The notes below the pieces were generated by a model, which saw only the letters and a program-made list of their open reading frames with translations, was not told the origin of the DNA and made no database searches. Of a DNA stretch of 57,006 bases, positions 47,871-57,006 are shown piece after piece. Origin of the DNA: a virus (Duplodnaviria > Caudoviricetes); IMG/VR virus record IMGVR_UViG_3300009163_000040, positions 1 through 57,006 of that record, one strand, 5' to 3'. Both the position numbers and the translations under genes were made by a program. The first letter of the stretch is position 1. Every line of letters starts with the position of its first letter.

Positions 47871-48455
47871 CTACCACCCCGATTTTCTGCCGCTCTTGGC
47901 AACGGTGTTAACCTTACAATCCGCGAGATTAATGCGACCGCCCTTCTTGTACATCCGGAATTTTTGGCCCTTCTCGTCGTCGGCCCATCCCACAAGCTTT
48001 TCAGTCGCCAACTCCCGCATTCCGGTGTCGGATATGTTCTTGGTTTTCAGCTCTCGCTTCAACTTCCCCGCCATCGATTGCACTTCACCGACGGTGGGTG
48101 GGGCTACCTTGCCTCGCCCCGCGCCTACCGGTGCGTCTTTAATCGGGTACATCTCCTCGGCGGGCGGTTGCGACTCCCTGCGCCTCACCAATCCGAGTTT
48201 TGAATTCATATAGTCGCGCAGATTGTCGAACCCTTCGTCCCGCATCATCTTTGCGGTTACTACTTTCGGTACGCTCGGCCTAGCCGCGACCGCTTTCGGC
48301 TCGGGTTTCGGCTCTGGCTCGGGCTCGGGCATGCGGAACGATGCTGCCGCGATTTCCAACGGCTTGCCCTTGGGCGAACTCTCATCGCTCAGTGGATCAG
48401 CCCGCTCGACGCTATCGGAGGGGCCGCCAATACTGAATTTACGCATTTTTTTCAT
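47871..48455 (-). CDS. Hypothetical low-complexity protein with FSIGG and YKKGG motifs
   Basis: Start trimmed to MKKMRKF. Confidence 0.6.
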   Translation of the reverse strand: MKKMRKFSIGGPSDSVERADPLSDESSPKGKPLEIAAASFRMPEPEPEPKPEPKAVAARPSVPKVVTAKMMRDEGFDNLRDYMNSKLGLVRRRESQPPAEEMYPIKDAPVGAGRGKVAPPTVGEVQSMAGKLKRELKTKNISDTGMRELATEKLVGWADDEKGQKFRMYKKGGRINLADCKVNTVAKSGRKSGW

Positions 48456-48457
48456 CT

Positions 48458-48838
48458 TTACCACCCCGGACAATTCCATCGTTGCATTGATGCTCTCGCT
48501 CTGCTGCCCTTTTCGGACTTCTCCGCTACCGGCCCCATCCTTGCGCAAAATGAGTCGCGCCTAGCCCCGCCTTGGGGTTGGGGGGCCTTCAGATTCGACC
48601 CGGTCGCTCGATTATACCGCGCCCGACCTTTTGCAGTCAATCCTGCACCATCTTGCGCCGAAAGCTTTTCTCCGCGCCCAATCGCTAAACTCGGACCCCC
48701 GCTGGCGAACTTCCTGCCTTTATCAGCTCTTGCGAAATCTTTCCCGACCGACTGAGGAATACCCACCTTCTTGGCGAACGCAGGATTATGTGCGACCGCC
48801 TCCATCATTCGATGCTGGGAGGGCGATTTGCTGGGCAT
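48458..48838 (-). CDS. Two-module basic protein: MPSKS...FAKKVGIPQSVGKDF + DUF6321-like, joined at FASGG
   Basis: GLTAKGR..YN...GSNLKAP...RR.SFCARM...W.C. Confidence 0.6.
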   Translation of the reverse strand: MPSKSPSQHRMMEAVAHNPAFAKKVGIPQSVGKDFARADKGRKFASGGPSLAIGRGEKLSAQDGAGLTAKGRARYNRATGSNLKAPQPQGGARRDSFCARMGPVAEKSEKGSRARASMQRWNCPGW

Positions 48839-48840
48839 GC

Positions 48841-49260
48841 TCAGGTCACAGGGTTAACGTAGTGTTTCTGCATTTCGAGAATCACCGTGTACGCATCTCC
48901 TGCACTACCATCAAAAGTGGTAAAGGAGATCGAGCCGGTCTTCCCGGCACCGGCGTTGTTAGTTAACCCTCCGATTTTCGAAAAGTCTTGCGTGTACGAG
49001 TTATTCTGCGGTATTAGTTCGATAACCACCGGGGCCGTAGCCACCCAATTCATCTGAACTTCAAGACCGTGCGTCAGCGCGGTTACCTTCAAAATGCTTA
49101 CGGCATCGCATGCGCCACCGGCGTTGGATGGGGTAAGATTCGCCGGATTAACTTTAACGACGGCGGATTCGTTCTCTGTCGCGCTCATCATCGCGTAGAA
49201 CTTCATAATGGCTACTCTTTCGCCATCGAACAATGTCTGTGATGTAGCCGTAATAGCCAT
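48841..49260 (-). CDS. Virion structural protein (139 aa)
   Basis: DF...GGL.NNAGAG.TG.I.FTT; synteny. Confidence 0.6.
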   Translation of the reverse strand: MAITATSQTLFDGERVAIMKFYAMMSATENESAVVKVNPANLTPSNAGGACDAVSILKVTALTHGLEVQMNWVATAPVVIELIPQNNSYTQDFSKIGGLTNNAGAGKTGSISFTTFDGSAGDAYTVILEMQKHYVNPVT

Positions 49261-49272
49261 ATAAATCTCTCC

Positions 49273-49300
49273 AATTAGAAGTGGGGGCCGGAGCCCCCAC
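49273..49300 (-). terminator. Putative intrinsic terminator
   Basis: GTGGGGGC-TCCG-GCCCCCAC then TTCTAATT. Confidence 0.55.
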
Positions 49301-49302
49301 CA

Positions 49303-50097
49303 TTAACACTCGTCAGCTTTTACTTTTCCGCCACGCTTGAACGTGCCAGATAGCTGCGATATCGCTACCGGAGCCGACGGTTTCTTCTTGGGCATTGCTA
49401 CGGCGCGACCCGAGTCTTCAACTGCGCCCCCCGTAGCAAAATGCTTTTTTGCAGCACCGCCTTTTTTGTAGCCGCCGTCATTGCCCATTTTCACATCGCC
49501 CGTGGGCGCGGAATTGTGATTGGGATGAGCAGTGGTCACCTTGGATGCGCCACCGGTGGACTTAATGATTCCACCCGCTTTGTAACCGCCCTGACCATCG
49601 ACTACTCCACCGGTTTTGTACTCGCCCGGTTTGGTGCTTTTCACAACGCCGCCGGTCGCCATCTTGCCGCCTTTTTTAAGCTTCAAGTTAGTACCTTTAC
49701 CGCCTTTGTGCTCTTGTGAATCGTGCTGTGCAAAAGCCTTTTTGATCATGGCTTTATCTTGCGCGAGTTCAGCTTTACCACCTTCTTTCATCGCTGGCCG
49801 CATAGGAGTCGCGGACATAGCGTCCGGTCCTACCATGCCGGGTGCACGACGTGCCATGCGCTTTGCAGCCATAGCACGAGCAGCGCCGGGAGCACCCATG
49901 GGAGGAGCCATAGGCATCCGACCCGCTAGAGCACCCATAACACCGCCGTCCATCTTCTTGACAGGCTTTTTATCGCCCATCTTTGGGATGCCCTCGGCTT
50001 TCATCCGAGCGAAAGTAGCTGAACCACCAGTCTTGAGTTTTAGCTCAACTGATGGTTCTGTGGTCATCATTTTGACCATTGGTTTGAATTGACCCAT
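49303..50097 (-). CDS. Lys/Gly/Met-rich protein with ~10 [FYML]xxGG repeats
   Basis: Start MGQFKPM with GAGGAGG RBS. Confidence 0.7.
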   Translation of the reverse strand: MGQFKPMVKMMTTEPSVELKLKTGGSATFARMKAEGIPKMGDKKPVKKMDGGVMGALAGRMPMAPPMGAPGAARAMAAKRMARRAPGMVGPDAMSATPMRPAMKEGGKAELAQDKAMIKKAFAQHDSQEHKGGKGTNLKLKKGGKMATGGVVKSTKPGEYKTGGVVDGQGGYKAGGIIKSTGGASKVTTAHPNHNSAPTGDVKMGNDGGYKKGGAAKKHFATGGAVEDSGRAVAMPKKKPSAPVAISQLSGTFKRGGKVKADEC

Positions 50098-50108
50098 GAT
50101 GTGCCTCC

Positions 50109-50558
50109 TCAAACTTTCTGAGCATAAACGACAGTGAATTGAATCTGTGCTTGCGTAGTAGAAACAGTACCATTGGGGTCAACGGTGCAGTACACAGTTG
50201 TGTTTGTCCCAATGTCATCCATTGCATTCAGCGTCGCCACAGTCATTACACCATTGGAGCGCACAGTGGTAAACATGTCCACGGATGGAACATATTCGCC
50301 GCCGCCGCTGGTAGAACCTACCAAGCAAGGTAGAGTCGTAGCAGTGCCACCACCGACGACCTGAGTCACGACCTTATCAACAAAAACTTGAATGATTTGG
50401 GAGTACGCAGGAAGAGTGATAGTGCCGCTTGCCGCCGCGCCAGTAGCCAAGGAAGTGACCGTCACAACTTGAGAAACGACGACATAGCCGCCATCCGTTG
50501 TGTCAGTCAAAGAGCCAGAGCCTGTGCGCAGGGTAGAACCGAAATAGGTTTGAGCCAT
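50109..50558 (-). CDS. Capsid-associated structural protein (149 aa)
   Basis: Follows major capsid gene; TLPA.SQI. Confidence 0.6.
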   Translation of the reverse strand: MAQTYFGSTLRTGSGSLTDTTDGGYVVVSQVVTVTSLATGAAASGTITLPAYSQIIQVFVDKVVTQVVGGGTATTLPCLVGSTSGGGEYVPSVDMFTTVRSNGVMTVATLNAMDDIGTNTTVYCTVDPNGTVSTTQAQIQFTVVYAQKV

Positions 50559-50572
50559 TGTCTTTTCTCCTT

Positions 50573-50599
50573 AAAGGAGCGGGAGCCGAAGCCCCCGCT
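50573..50599 (-). terminator. Hairpin/terminator after major capsid gene
   Basis: AGCGGGGGC-TTCG-GCTCCCGCT then CCTTT. Confidence 0.55.
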
Positions 50600-50603
50600 A
50601 TGA

Positions 50604-51518
50604 TTAGACGCCAGCCGTGCCGTAGATACCGCGTGGGTCAGTCCAACCCACTTGGTAACGTTCGGTTGCTTTGTAGCGCATCGAGTCAGTCTCGAAATCG
50701 CCTTCCATGGTTTTCTCCAGTGCGCGACGCATGAGGAGTTTCATGCCCTCGGGAGCGTCGGTCTGAACCCACCATGCGTTGGCGTTGGTAAGACGGGAGA
50801 GAACTGCGGCACCTTCGTCGAGCAAGCCGATAGACTTGACCGGGTTGATGTCGTTGTTCGCAGTACCCGCACGCAACACCGACTTGAGCAACACTTCAGC
50901 TTGGAAGACATTTCCGGGTGCCACGATCAATTGACGTGGAACCAAACGGATCTTCTTGCCGTTGTTGTCCACTGCTTGGCGGATCTGGATGAGCATTTGC
51001 TCAAGCGAGGTCTGCGACAAGTTAGCAGCGGTCGACAACAGGTTGCTGAAAGTACCATTCACGATGGGGTGAGAAGCGCTGCTCAACTGCACGCCGTCAC
51101 CACCGGGATAAGAGCTATTGAAAGCGCGGTTCAGCACGTTGGCCGACAGCGTTTCTTTAGTCTCAATCAGTGATTGGGCGAGGTGGCGAGCATAGACTTG
51201 GCCAATTCGAATGTGGTCACCGTCCTCTACCAACACTTTGGTCAAGGCAAAGGCGAGGCCAAAGACTTGGTACACATAGCGTTGCAGGAACAGGACACCA
51301 CCTTGTTGGTAAGTCACTGGAGTACCATCGGGCAACTGAGGAGCTGCACCAAAACCGTACAAGACGGGTTCTTCATGGTAGTTACGTGGAATGCCCTGTT
51401 CCTCACGGAACACACGGGACCATTCATCTTTTCGTTGGTCATACACACCGTCGAAGCACTCGTTGAGAATAGGTTCAACAATACTTCTAAAGTCCGTACT
51501 GCGCATAGGAGCGGCCAT
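50604..51518 (-). CDS. Major capsid protein (HK97 fold, Mu gpT-like)
   Basis: EP.LN..F...EE....GFG.AP; ANVLNRAF; LIV.P; DFETD..RYKATERY..GW.DPR. Confidence 0.88.
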   Translation of the reverse strand: MAAPMRSTDFRSIVEPILNECFDGVYDQRKDEWSRVFREEQGIPRNYHEEPVLYGFGAAPQLPDGTPVTYQQGGVLFLQRYVYQVFGLAFALTKVLVEDGDHIRIGQVYARHLAQSLIETKETLSANVLNRAFNSSYPGGDGVQLSSASHPIVNGTFSNLLSTAANLSQTSLEQMLIQIRQAVDNNGKKIRLVPRQLIVAPGNVFQAEVLLKSVLRAGTANNDINPVKSIGLLDEGAAVLSRLTNANAWWVQTDAPEGMKLLMRRALEKTMEGDFETDSMRYKATERYQVGWTDPRGIYGTAGV

Positions 51519-51531
51519 GGTTCAGTCCCCC

Positions 51532-52104
51532 TTAAATGGCATTAACGGTCGCTTGATACTGCGACTCGTTAATAGTTACCCGCACAACCGTGTACGTATC
51601 GCCCCAAGCATTATCGGGGTATGGAGCCAGATCTACGATCCGCATCTGAGCAGAGTTCCCAGCGCCCACCAATGTGGTGGACAGTGTGCACTGCGACAAA
51701 CCGGTGGTAGAAGAACCAGCGGTAGTGTTGCTCAGGTCGGCTTGATCTCCAATGGAGGTCTGAGCCAGCGAGCCGTCCGCTTGGATTTCGTAAACGATGT
51801 TAGGATCGTTGTAGAAATAAGCGACGCACGATCCAGTGGTGTAAGCCGTGTTAGCTGGCCAATAGTTCGATACGCGACGACGACCAGTGGTGTCAGTCCA
51901 CTCCACACCAGCGAATGCTCCTTGGAAGGAATCACCTGCTGCTGCAACGACGATAACGCCGCTCGAGTTGAGTTTGACCGGTTGGCCTTTTAGAATGTCG
52001 GTGTTATACGCCGACGCAATACCGCCAGCCAACGCTTGAGCGCGATCCAAACCGGAGGGGTGGAAAGCAGGGCGCAGACCGAACGGTGCATTTGTAGAAG
52101 ACAT
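51532..52104 (-). CDS. Capsid decoration/minor structural protein
   Basis: NAPFGLRP...I..G..V...G.F.GV; DP..VYEIQAD. Confidence 0.65.
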   Translation of the reverse strand: MSSTNAPFGLRPAFHPSGLDRAQALAGGIASAYNTDILKGQPVKLNSSGVIVVAAAGDSFQGAFAGVEWTDTTGRRRVSNYWPANTAYTTGSCVAYFYNDPNIVYEIQADGSLAQTSIGDQADLSNTTAGSSTTGLSQCTLSTTLVGAGNSAQMRIVDLAPYPDNAWGDTYTVVRVTINESQYQATVNAI

Positions 52105-52134
52105 TGTCTTTTCTCCAAAGAAGTTCGAAATCCG

Positions 52135-52674
52135 TTAGGTAAATACCGGAACGGGCATAGGTTTGTCAAGCTCACGAATTCCTTCGCCTTCAATATCGCC
52201 TAACGATCGACCCTTGCTGTCACGCGGACCAAGATTATCAGCTTGAATACGGATTTTATCCGCTTCATCCTGAGGCGCAAAGTGGTGCAGCTCTTCCATG
52301 ATGGACTGGTAAATGTCCTCTGGAATTTTATACAAAAGCATCTCATTGCACGCGATATATCCCTCATGCTCACCGGCTTTAACTTTGTAGTTTTCAAAGC
52401 CCGGAACTTCGTCGATCAGGACGGGAGAATACCCCATGCGGAGGCGTTTGTGGATCGGATCGTAGCCGTTAGTGGTAGACAGCCAGATCACGTGATATCC
52501 CGGAACATCCGGGGGCTTGGGGAGGGATTCTTGAATCCACTCGTTCCGGAACATCCTACGACGCTCCTGATCACTAGCCAACTGTGTAGTGGCATCGGCA
52601 CGTTGGCGATCCTGCGATGCGCGGGATTCACGGCCACCAGCGGTAGTATCTTTTTTTAGACGGTCATCTCTCAT
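52135..52674 (-). CDS. Conserved head-module protein (179 aa)
   Basis: LP.P...PGY...W...R.G..PV; start MRDDRL. Confidence 0.6.
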   Translation of the reverse strand: MRDDRLKKDTTAGGRESRASQDRQRADATTQLASDQERRRMFRNEWIQESLPKPPDVPGYHVIWLSTTNGYDPIHKRLRMGYSPVLIDEVPGFENYKVKAGEHEGYIACNEMLLYKIPEDIYQSIMEELHHFAPQDEADKIRIQADNLGPRDSKGRSLGDIEGEGIRELDKPMPVPVFT

Positions 52675-52678
52675 GTTC

Positions 52679-53680
52679 TCAGCTCCTGTTAGCATTTAAG
52701 CGGTCATATTCAGCGTATTTCTTGATCATCTTGTTGCGTTCGGCTAAGCTATCCCACCGGCCCGCATCCTTGATGGCCCTCACACGCTCGGGAGACAGAC
52801 GGAACTCGTTCGGTTTAAGCGAACTTTGTGATTCTCGTCCAGATCCAGTTACCACTTGCCTTGGTCTCCGATGTTGAGCAGATGACTGATCGTCATTGGC
52901 ACCATTATAACGGTGAGGCAGGTATTTTGTCAATCTATTGTCCAACTCCATCCAGTAATCGGGGGTGTTGGGATCCCAGCCTTCCTCGACGAGACTTTCG
53001 TCGATTTTGACCGCGACCTTGCTGTCGGTATCTTTCCCATTCGGGTCGTACCAATCATTTCGCGCCATCCAGTCCCCCGCCAGCCGTTTCAGCCGGGGGT
53101 CGGGCGCTTTCGGTACAGCCGCCGAGCTTGGGGCGGTGACCGAGCGCTTTTTAAGCGCTTCGAGCGACTCGACTTGGCGTCGGGCGTCGTACCAAGCCTC
53201 TTGCGCGTCGGCCAGTCCGGTGCCGTCCGCCATCTCGGTCGCCTCTTTGATCTTCATTTTCGCGTATTGCAGCCGCACATGGCCATCTTCGATCGCCTTG
53301 TCCAGTCGCGCTACATCGGCCCCAGCGGTGCGTTTCTCCAGCACCGCTAGCCGTTCGGTCATTTGCTCATTCTGCCGCTGCAGGGTGGTGATCAAATGGG
53401 ACGATTCGGCGGTCCGCGCCTTTTGGAGCTTCTTCTTGAGATTTCGCTCCTCGCGCCGAGCCAATCGAATGGCCTCCCGCTGCGGGTCGGGGTCCGGCGT
53501 GTTGTCCACGCTACCTCCCGAATCGTCGTCATGGTCATCATCCGCGTCTGCGGAACCTCTCGCGGTATTGGAACCGGTGTTCTGACCCACATCCGGCGCT
53601 TCTCCGGGTGGGAGCAGCACCGTCGCGGACCCGTCCGAGCCCTCCGATACCTGCAAATCGAGTTTATCTTCGCTATTCAT
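52679..53680 (-). CDS. Putative scaffolding protein
   Basis: Acidic N-terminus, long coiled coil, W...N.W; between portal and capsid genes. Confidence 0.6.
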   Translation of the reverse strand: MNSEDKLDLQVSEGSDGSATVLLPPGEAPDVGQNTGSNTARGSADADDDHDDDSGGSVDNTPDPDPQREAIRLARREERNLKKKLQKARTAESSHLITTLQRQNEQMTERLAVLEKRTAGADVARLDKAIEDGHVRLQYAKMKIKEATEMADGTGLADAQEAWYDARRQVESLEALKKRSVTAPSSAAVPKAPDPRLKRLAGDWMARNDWYDPNGKDTDSKVAVKIDESLVEEGWDPNTPDYWMELDNRLTKYLPHRYNGANDDQSSAQHRRPRQVVTGSGRESQSSLKPNEFRLSPERVRAIKDAGRWDSLAERNKMIKKYAEYDRLNANRS

Positions 53681-54108
53681 AGGAATGCCTTTACTTTCAA
53701 GGGATCACCTGTAACCTTTGCGATTACTTCGTGATCGTTAAACACACTGAACAATGCGGTCTCGCCCAAGTCGGGGTCGCCGTAGGGTACTTCCCAGCGG
53801 TCTCCACCCCATTTGGGCATTCGCACATAGTCCCCGATCTCGATCCAGTTGCCCTCGGGCCACGGTTCGAGCGAGTCGCGTTTCTTGAAAGCCAGTGGAC
53901 CCAGCGCGATGACTTTCGCCACCTGATTGTTCCACTTCTCCGTTTCCTTGGTCTCCTCGACCAGTACAATCCCAGATTCGGTGACAGTCTTTCGAGTCTG
54001 CCGCCATTGGACGAGTACACGTCCGCCTACTGGTTTAGCACCGGGATCAACTGCTGGAAATGCTTCCCGCAACGCTGCTTCATTCAAAGCTACCGGTTTA
54101 TCTATCAT
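53677..54108 (-). CDS. GroES-like co-chaperonin
   Basis: P.G.RVLV...T.SGIVL...KVIALGP...GDYV...NDHEVIA. Confidence 0.8.
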   Translation of the reverse strand: MIDKPVALNEAALREAFPAVDPGAKPVGGRVLVQWRQTRKTVTESGIVLVEETKETEKWNNQVAKVIALGPLAFKKRDSLEPWPEGNWIEIGDYVRMPKWGGDRWEVPYGDPDLGETALFSVFNDHEVIAKVTGDPLKVKAFL

Positions 54109-54289
54109 TGTCTATTTCCTCTTCCTTTAGAAGATTGTTAAGGATATCCAGAGCTTCTGCAAGCCCTTGGTGCTGTCCTACCAATCGCTGGTAGGTTTCG
54201 AAGTTGATGGCATTGCCCTCAACTAACGATCGAGCGATTGCCGTCTTGCGTTCTTCGACTGCACCCACGAAGTCGCTGACGTATCGCAT
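54098..54289 (-). CDS. Conserved small phage protein (63 aa)
   Basis: L..G....FE.Y..LVG...GL..A. Confidence 0.6.
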   Translation of the reverse strand: MRYVSDFVGAVEERKTAIARSLVEGNAINFETYQRLVGQHQGLAEALDILNNLLKEEEIDNDR

Positions 54290-54290
54290 T

Positions 54291-54458
54291 TTATTTCTTC
54301 TTCGCTTGTGTCAATGCGCCCATCTTGGGCTTGCTGCCACTCGAGGATTTCGCCTCCTCTTTAGCACCCAACGAAGACCCGTCGAGTTTCGCACCCATCG
54401 CCATGCGCTTGTGCATATTCACATCCTGACCCATTTGACCTGCATTATTGGTAGCCAT
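54291..54458 (-). CDS. Hypothetical protein (55 aa)
   Basis: Manual translation MATNNAGQMGQDVNMHKRMAMG...; GGAGG RBS. Confidence 0.5.
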   Translation of the reverse strand: MATNNAGQMGQDVNMHKRMAMGAKLDGSSLGAKEEAKSSSGSKPKMGALTQAKKK

Positions 54459-56952
54459 TTTGACCTCCTAGAGATTGTTGAGCGCCTTCCAGCGCGGCGA
54501 GAGCAGTCTTCTCCTGCTCGTGTTTCAAGACGGAGGCATCGTGCGATATCTCCGCTGTCTTGATTCGTTCCTCGGTCAGATTGTTGCTCGCGTTCGTTGC
54601 GATGTCGATCTGCATCCGGCGGTTTTTGTCCAGCATGTCCGCTTGGAGCTTCTCTTTGTCCCTCGCCGCGTCCATCTCGTCCCGTTTCGCACGTCGTTGA
54701 GTCTCCGCCATCGACGTTTGCAGGATCACCTTATCCGATCCGTCCATCGGCGGCTCGGGCTTAAACTGCTGCATCGTTTGCACGAGCTTCTGTAGCGCTG
54801 GCATGACCTTAGTGAACGCTTCTTTCGTGTCCATGTCGGTATGCTGCGACGCCAGTGCGTACAGCTTGTCGATCTCGCCCGTGATTCCCGGCACATCGTA
54901 GTCCTCGGGCTTCTTGCCCAGCGACTCCTCGACGTACCCGTTCATGTGGCCCATGTACCAGAGGATCAAGTGCTGCTTGAAATGTTCGAGGAACGGAGGC
55001 ATGAAAGAGGGAGCGATAATAGGCGAGGAGCCCAGCATCGGGTTCAGCGCGAAGTCCAAATGCGCTTGGATGTGCGCCAGTTGGTTCTGGTGCGGGTATG
55101 CGAACGCTGCGCGTCCGATCGCCATCGATGCGTTTTCCTCCGCCGCATTCATCTCCGCCGGTTCCACTATGCTCGGCATCAGCTCGGTGGGGTTCGGCAC
55201 CTTCATCTGCTTTATCACCCGCTGCAGCACCGCTCGGCGATCGAACTGGTCCGGGTATTTCTCCATCAGCGCCAGCACCGCCTGATTCTGCGCAAACCGC
55301 TGGGTTTCGCTGAAGATGTGCGGATCGCTCACTGGGATTACGTCGGTGTTGCGATTAAAGTCTTCGCGCTTGATCGGTAGCTCCTGCACCACGTCGCCCT
55401 TGCGCATGTCGTCCAGATACCAGCGGTTGATACGCTGCAGAATCATGAGCACCCGGCCCTGCGATTGGTGCAGGCGGGCGTGAATGGCGGAGAATACCGC
55501 AGCGCCCTGCTCGATGAGCGCCTGGGTCGTCCCTACCGGGGCGTTGGAGGTGATATCGGCGATCTTTTCCTCGCTCGTGGTCACTACGCCTTTCGCCGCC
55601 GTGGTAAGGAAGCCGAGAAGCTCCATGAGTACCGGCGACGGCGGGTTGAATGGCATCGGCATTGCTATTTTGCGTATGTCGTCCACCCCCGGCGCACCCT
55701 CGATCTCGGCCACCTGCGTCACCTCCACCTGCTGCGATTGGCCCGAAATCTTCGCGCCTTTGAGCTTCAGCATCGTCGCCGCATTATTGATGTGCGCCGA
55801 GTCCATCAGCGCCCGCAGTGCGCCGGTGAGCGCTGCGGAGAGTCCGCCGATGAGGTGGGGAAGGCCAATGGCGAGAGCGCCGCGCCAAGGGATGAATTTG
55901 AACTCCACCATCCAGTCGAGCTTGGCCATGCTCTCGTCGCCCTCTTCCCAGTTGCGGTACAGCCCGATGACCTCGGTGTTTAACTCGTCGATCATCAGGA
56001 TGTAGGGCGCTATCTCGCCTTTCGAGTGCGAGTCGTCCTCCACCGGCATGTTGACGTAGATGTGATACACCCGGCGTAGCCCGTCCTCGTTATCCTCGAA
56101 CTGCCGTCCCTCGATCTTGTTGTTCGCCTTCTCGGCTGCGGACGTCTCCGGCTCCATGCTTGCGCGGATGATGTCGATGTCGCGGTACAAGCCGCTGGAG
56201 ACTCGGGATTCGAACTCCTCCTGCGTTATGTCCTGCTGCTCCGTTACCCGCTGCGCGGTGTAGAACGAACCGGCGGCAAAGGGGAGGAGCACGTTGTCCA
56301 CGGCGACGAATTCGGCGCAGGGCCGTTTCATCCGCGTATCGTACCACATCTTGAGATACTGCGATCCCCCGAGCGGCAGTTGCGTTAGCATCTGCTCCTG
56401 CTCGTCGCGGAACTCCACGATCTGCTCGGTGAGCTGCCAATTCATGAAGTCGCGCTTGCGCTCGGCCCGCAGCGTCGACTCCTCCTCCGCTTTCCCCACC
56501 ACCTTGGTCCTCACCGGTCCATCCGGCGGGAATAGCTCTTTAATCGCTCGCGATTCGAAATCGATGCACGCCTCGGCCATCACCGGGTGCACCACCTTGC
56601 TCGCCCCCGCGAATGTCGCCCCACCCGGGGCATCACTCCCCAGCCCCGTGCGGCGCAGCCCCTCCTCGTATTTCTTGTCCCGATCTTTCCGCGCTTCGCG
56701 GTCCTTCTCCACCATCTCGATGTACTTCAACGCCATGCGGCTCATGTCCCACGAGGGCATCGTCTCGGCCAGATTCTCGTAGAAATCCCCGTCCTGCATA
56801 GGACCCGCGAACTCGTCCATCCGCACGATAGCGGACCCATCGGGCTGCTCCTCCACTTCGGCGAATTCGTCGTCCAGATCGAACACCATGCCCTCTTCGT
56901 CCTCGGGTCCGGCCTGCGGGTCCACCTGCTGCTGCGGGAATTCGGTTGCCAT
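54445..56952 (-). CDS. Portal protein
   Basis: F.GAS.V.HP...EA..F..RA..ELFP..GPV; LPL.GS...K; APVGTT.AL.E.G..V.SAIH.RLH. Confidence 0.88.
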   Translation of the reverse strand: MATEFPQQQVDPQAGPEDEEGMVFDLDDEFAEVEEQPDGSAIVRMDEFAGPMQDGDFYENLAETMPSWDMSRMALKYIEMVEKDREARKDRDKKYEEGLRRTGLGSDAPGGATFAGASKVVHPVMAEACIDFESRAIKELFPPDGPVRTKVVGKAEEESTLRAERKRDFMNWQLTEQIVEFRDEQEQMLTQLPLGGSQYLKMWYDTRMKRPCAEFVAVDNVLLPFAAGSFYTAQRVTEQQDITQEEFESRVSSGLYRDIDIIRASMEPETSAAEKANNKIEGRQFEDNEDGLRRVYHIYVNMPVEDDSHSKGEIAPYILMIDELNTEVIGLYRNWEEGDESMAKLDWMVEFKFIPWRGALAIGLPHLIGGLSAALTGALRALMDSAHINNAATMLKLKGAKISGQSQQVEVTQVAEIEGAPGVDDIRKIAMPMPFNPPSPVLMELLGFLTTAAKGVVTTSEEKIADITSNAPVGTTQALIEQGAAVFSAIHARLHQSQGRVLMILQRINRWYLDDMRKGDVVQELPIKREDFNRNTDVIPVSDPHIFSETQRFAQNQAVLALMEKYPDQFDRRAVLQRVIKQMKVPNPTELMPSIVEPAEMNAAEENASMAIGRAAFAYPHQNQLAHIQAHLDFALNPMLGSSPIIAPSFMPPFLEHFKQHLILWYMGHMNGYVEESLGKKPEDYDVPGITGEIDKLYALASQHTDMDTKEAFTKVMPALQKLVQTMQQFKPEPPMDGSDKVILQTSMAETQRRAKRDEMDAARDKEKLQADMLDKNRRMQIDIATNASNNLTEERIKTAEISHDASVLKHEQEKTALAALEGAQQSLGGQNGYQ

Positions 56953-57006
56953 AAGTGTCCTTTATTTTATCAGCGTTGACCCATGAGGTCGTAAATCGAC
57001 GGGTCA

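Noticed and set aside
1-57006. Prophage/integrase, tRNAs, introns/inteins, reverse transcriptase/DGR, stop-codon recoding
   Set aside because: No supporting motifs seen; core genes are uninterrupted and tile under the standard code; small RNAs could have been missed by eye

Overview
Near-complete lytic tailed-phage genome (podovirus-like virion module; no integrase seen), with essentially all genes on the minus strand. Reading right to left: portal, GroES-like co-chaperonin, scaffold, major capsid, tail fibres, lysis genes, nozzle and ejection proteins; a non-coding repeat locus; AEP primase, SNF2 and UvrD helicases, SSB and a family-A polymerase; a complete 2-aminoadenine (Z-genome) kit (dpoZ, purZ, mazZ, datZ); a promoter-punctuated early region that includes a phage histone-deacetylase-family gene; a resolvase-like nuclease; a second, inverted copy of the repeat locus; terS, terL; and a truncated gene, absent from the ORF track, carrying an ART-PolyVal-like ADP-ribosyltransferase domain. 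Most striking unexplained signals: (1) a short [FYML]-x-x-G-G motif that brackets domains or ends at least six proteins, a candidate virion cargo-targeting or processing signal; (2) twin, mutually inverted GTTCCA/TGGAAC repeat loci flanking the early/replication region, one downstream of a bidirectional sigma70 promoter; (3) a deacetylase overlapping a possible GNAT-like, GG-tagged gene. All calls come from motif recognition by eye; no database searches were run.
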